Shown piece after piece: positions 60,730-64,000 of a stretch of DNA of 64,000 nucleotides (positions are counted from its first letter, which is position 1; each line of letters begins with the position of its first letter). Origin of the DNA: Squalus acanthias (taxonomy: Eukaryota); contig CM059431.1 of the NCBI GenBank assembly GCA_030390025.1, forward strand, positions 23,808,001-23,872,000, read 5' to 3'. Both the position numbers and the translations under genes were made by a program. The notes below the pieces were generated by a model that saw nothing but the letters and a program-made list of their open reading frames with translations, had not been told where the DNA came from and searched no databases.

Positions 60730-62637
60730 TTAAGTGTTTAATATTCAGATAATTACTTTTATTTTAGGAGAGTTGTAATGCATCTTATGCAATATAGTTC
60801 AAAATATAAACAAACTCTTCTAATCTGCTTGAGCTCTGATGTAGAATTTTGCTTTTTGAAGCAGTGTGAGTGTTTGCAGTGAGTTTTTATATTTTCAATA
60901 CATAATTACGTAGTTTGTAGATAGCTATGCCATCCTTTCGATTGGGCCCTCCCCATCTCCACAGCAACTCTACAAACATGAGAATGCGGCATATGCCATC
61001 CTATATAAATGACCAGACTATTTCAGAGTAGTCTGAGGTTCTCGCCTTGGTTATTGTGACTTTGCAAAGTTGAAAACTAGTTGTGATTTGGTTTTTAACA
61101 TTGAGGTTCTTAGTTTAAAAAAAAACAATATTTCAGAAAAAAGTTACAGATTTTTGTATCTTAAGACTGATTTAATTTATATAAAATGGCTTTTGTTATC
61201 TCCTAGCTGGTAGTTCATGTTTTATTTGTAGCACTCATTGTAGTTTCAAGTATCCATAGATTGATCACCATGGCTGCGACCTCTGCAGTCTGAGGCACAC
61301 CATATGGAGGAATGTTGCCATTATAAGGCTGCAGTCTTCAGTCTGTCGAGGAGAGGTTTAACCTTTTCTTTAACATTTGTTCTCCCAAACATAAGGCCCT
61401 GGCAAAATTCTGGCATGAAGATTCCACTTAACCACCTCCGTACAAGGGAAAGGGCTTCTGTTCATCTCCTCTGCTAAAACTAATTGAAGACTCCTGAAAT
61501 TAAAAAGTGGCTATTTGGCAGACATAATGGATCTCCACCTAGTTCTTCAGTTTTAGATGTAAACATTAGTGTTGCAATACCACAATCTGCCTTGATATTG
61601 AGAAACATCTTGTCATTGAGGAAGTTGACCTTGATGGCCTATGCAACAATATTTTCAACCAAGTGCAGATGTTTTGTTTTGCACTATATGACCATAGGAG
61701 ATGATCTTGCGAAGATGTTTCTGGCTATGGCTCAAACACATGCAAACCAGCACTCGACCTATATAAATTGATTTCAAAATAGTTTCTAAACTCACATCTC
61801 CACAAGCTTGATCTTGGCCCAGTGCTTGGGATTTGAGCCTCAGCTGAAGAAGCTCTAGATTCTTTAGGTGGTAGATTGTTTTGTGATGTATCAGCACCCT
61901 TCTTTTGAGTCCCTAGTTTTTTTTTGAAATGTGCAAGTATTATAGTTGCACTTCTTATGGTTCAGTACCAATGTGCTTCTAGTGCAGGAGGTTTTCTTGA
62001 CATGTACCAACCTCCAGCCTCTTCATACTATTCAGCTTTACTGTTAAAGGGTATTCAGTTCATCCAGATCAAACATGTGAATGGTGATGTTTTAGCCTGC
62101 TAGTCCACAAGTAGTTTGAAACTCTAGCTCTCCAAATGGATAGGGGAGTGAATTTTATTCTTGTTACGCACTAGCTACTCACCTATAGAAGACCATTCAA
62201 CTAAAGGAATGGGATCACCTTCTGCTCAACTCGCCACCAATTGCTTGGATGACACCTGCAACCTAGTCCTCCTTTTATGTACATTCTTCAAATATACCAG
62301 GAGGTTCAGCCTTCTCTGTGAAGAAGGCAGCCTAACTCGTTTACTTTCACCCTGGCAACATCACACTGTATAGCTACGCAAGTAAGACCTGTAAAATTTA
62401 CGTTGCAGGTGGTTGGGGAGAAAGGGCATCTGTATAGCATGGCATTGAGTGGGAGGGTCATTCAGAGACACCAGTATTGATTTTTCTCAGATGCTCTGTC
62501 TGCAAGGGATGATGTCCCAAGATGTAGAATTTCAAACCATTACTTGCTAATCCTAGTTTATTGAAGCATGCATTAAGTTGTGAGGACAGATCTGGATTCT
62601 CTGTCTGACGCCCACGTTAGAGGCCGCTCAGTATCCA

Positions 62638-63060
62638 TGGTATCAGCTTGGATCAGTGATAGCCCTCTCGCCTCTGAGTCAGAAGGTTGTGGGTTCAACC
62701 CCCACTATGGATATGAGTACATAATTTCGGTTGACATTTCAGTGTAGCAAGGGGGGAGTGTTGCATCGTTGAAGGTGCTATCTTTTAAATGAGATGTTGA
62801 GTCAAGGCCCCGTCTGCTGCTCAGATGGCTGTAACAGATCCCAAGGCACTATACAAGGAAAAGCAGGGAGTTCTCCTGGCCAACACTCCTCCCTCAACCA
62901 GCACCACCGAAACAAGATTATATGGTCATTCATTCATTTGCTGTTTGTGGCACATTGCTATGTAGAAATTGGCTGCTGTGCTTACCTACATAACCGTGAT
63001 TACATTTTAAATGTAATCAATTGGATGTAAAGTTTGAAGGTGTTATATAAATCTAAATAT
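62638..63060 (+). mobile_element. Deu-domain SINE within the putative 3'UTR
   Basis: Homologous to 2007-2476 and followed by a (CT)n tract. Confidence 0.75.
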
Positions 63061-64000
63061 CTCTCTCTCTCTCCTTTTTTCTCTCTCTCTCTCTCTCTAC
63101 AGCTCTGGTGGTAGCGACAGTACTTAAGTGCCTTGGCGCATCATTTTGGAATACCAAGGCCCACATTCCATTCCCTTCTCCCCATCAAAAAATTGTTGAG
63201 TTTTCATTCTCAGCTGAGCTGCTATGGAGATACCTCGAGCAAAGACTAGTCACTTTGCTGATGGGGAGGGAGAGTCATTGTAGTCACTGGCACACCTCCT
63301 AGCAGTTGGTTTTCATCACCGTATTGGTGGAGGCCCATCAATGGGTGAACCCCAGACAGCACATGGTCCCGAGACCACTGGGGATGGCAGAAAAAAACTT
63401 TTAAAGATGAAAGTCATGCTATTGAAAATATTCAATATAAAATGCCATGGTTTGCACTGTTTGGTGATGCAAACAACCGAAAGGTGCAAATATCTGTTCA
63501 ACTCATTAAATTTGTTACAGCGCACTATTGACGGCTAGATCAGATGGCATTCAGTGTTATAATGGGGTTTTATTTGATCATAAACTGACATGTTTGATAA
63601 GTAAATAGTTTAAGAATGAAAAATTACAAAGATCTGCATTTACAATGACATTGTTTTTTTTTTGCATTATGTTTAAAGAAAACAAGTACTGCAGGTCAAA
63701 TAAGATTGTGTCTTTTTTCCTCCCATCATGAGTTTACAGAATCACAGAAAAAAATTTAGGGGTATCGTGCACCTTCAGATTTTTTTTATATTAACTGGAT
63801 TAAAATAAGATTTTTGTATGTACGCAGTTAGATTTTTGCATCCTAGGGGGGTGCTATTAAGTGATGGTGTTTGCTGTTTTTGTAAATATACAACAAAACT
63901 CAAAAGCCGTAAGAGTTTTCTAAATTTAATCAGTTTTGCCTGATGTGGATTTTTGCGCAGGGACTAATGTAAAGTTGTAAGTTTTTTTTTGTTACTTTTT

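Larger units (their letters stand above)
59663..64000 (+). other. FOXO1: FOXO1 exon 3 / 3'UTR (3' end not determined)
   Basis: AAGCAGTCCAAAGATGTC, ACTTGGCAGCA, CAGGATGTTTGCCCAATGT..GCAGGTTATGTGCTGCT and AAGTGCCAAACTCACTACA (59709-59902) match the human FOXO1 3'UTR as I recall it. A second recalled block, TAACTGGATTA...GCTA..AGTGATG, is at 63792-63866. Confidence 0.75.

Noticed and set aside
429-61565. About ten FOXO-binding motifs (GTAAACA/TGTTTAC) suggesting autoregulation
   Set aside because: A rough estimate gives about a dozen by chance in 64 kb of AT-rich DNA on both strands, so there is no enrichment or clustering.

Overview
Eukaryotic DNA, almost certainly a cartilaginous fish (shark-type SINE, CR1, L2 and Penelope repeats). 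The window holds the 3' two-thirds of the FOXO1 gene on the + strand: more than 55 kb of intron 1, the large coding exon 2 (55188-56544, stop codon at 56529-56531), a short intron 2 inside the 3'UTR (56545-59662) and the start of the non-coding exon 3 (from 59663). Exon 3 has blocks that closely match the mammalian FOXO1 3'UTR as I recall it, including miR-96/182, miR-15/16, miR-145 and miR-223 seed sites. The introns hold many 5'-truncated LINEs (CR1, L2, Tx1), Deu-domain SINEs, Penelope-like fragments with minimal hammerhead-ribozyme motifs, and non-autonomous DNA transposons of three target-site classes (3-bp PIF/Harbinger-like, 8-bp hAT, TA pogo/Tigger-like). The most interesting points are the two hammerhead motifs, a palindromic MITE that encloses a copy of neighbouring DNA, repeated NRF1-type GCGCATGCGC palindromes carried by MITEs, and a possible second 3'UTR splice acceptor. 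There is no prokaryotic system, CRISPR array, rRNA or true tRNA gene. Comparisons with human sequences are from memory and need alignment.
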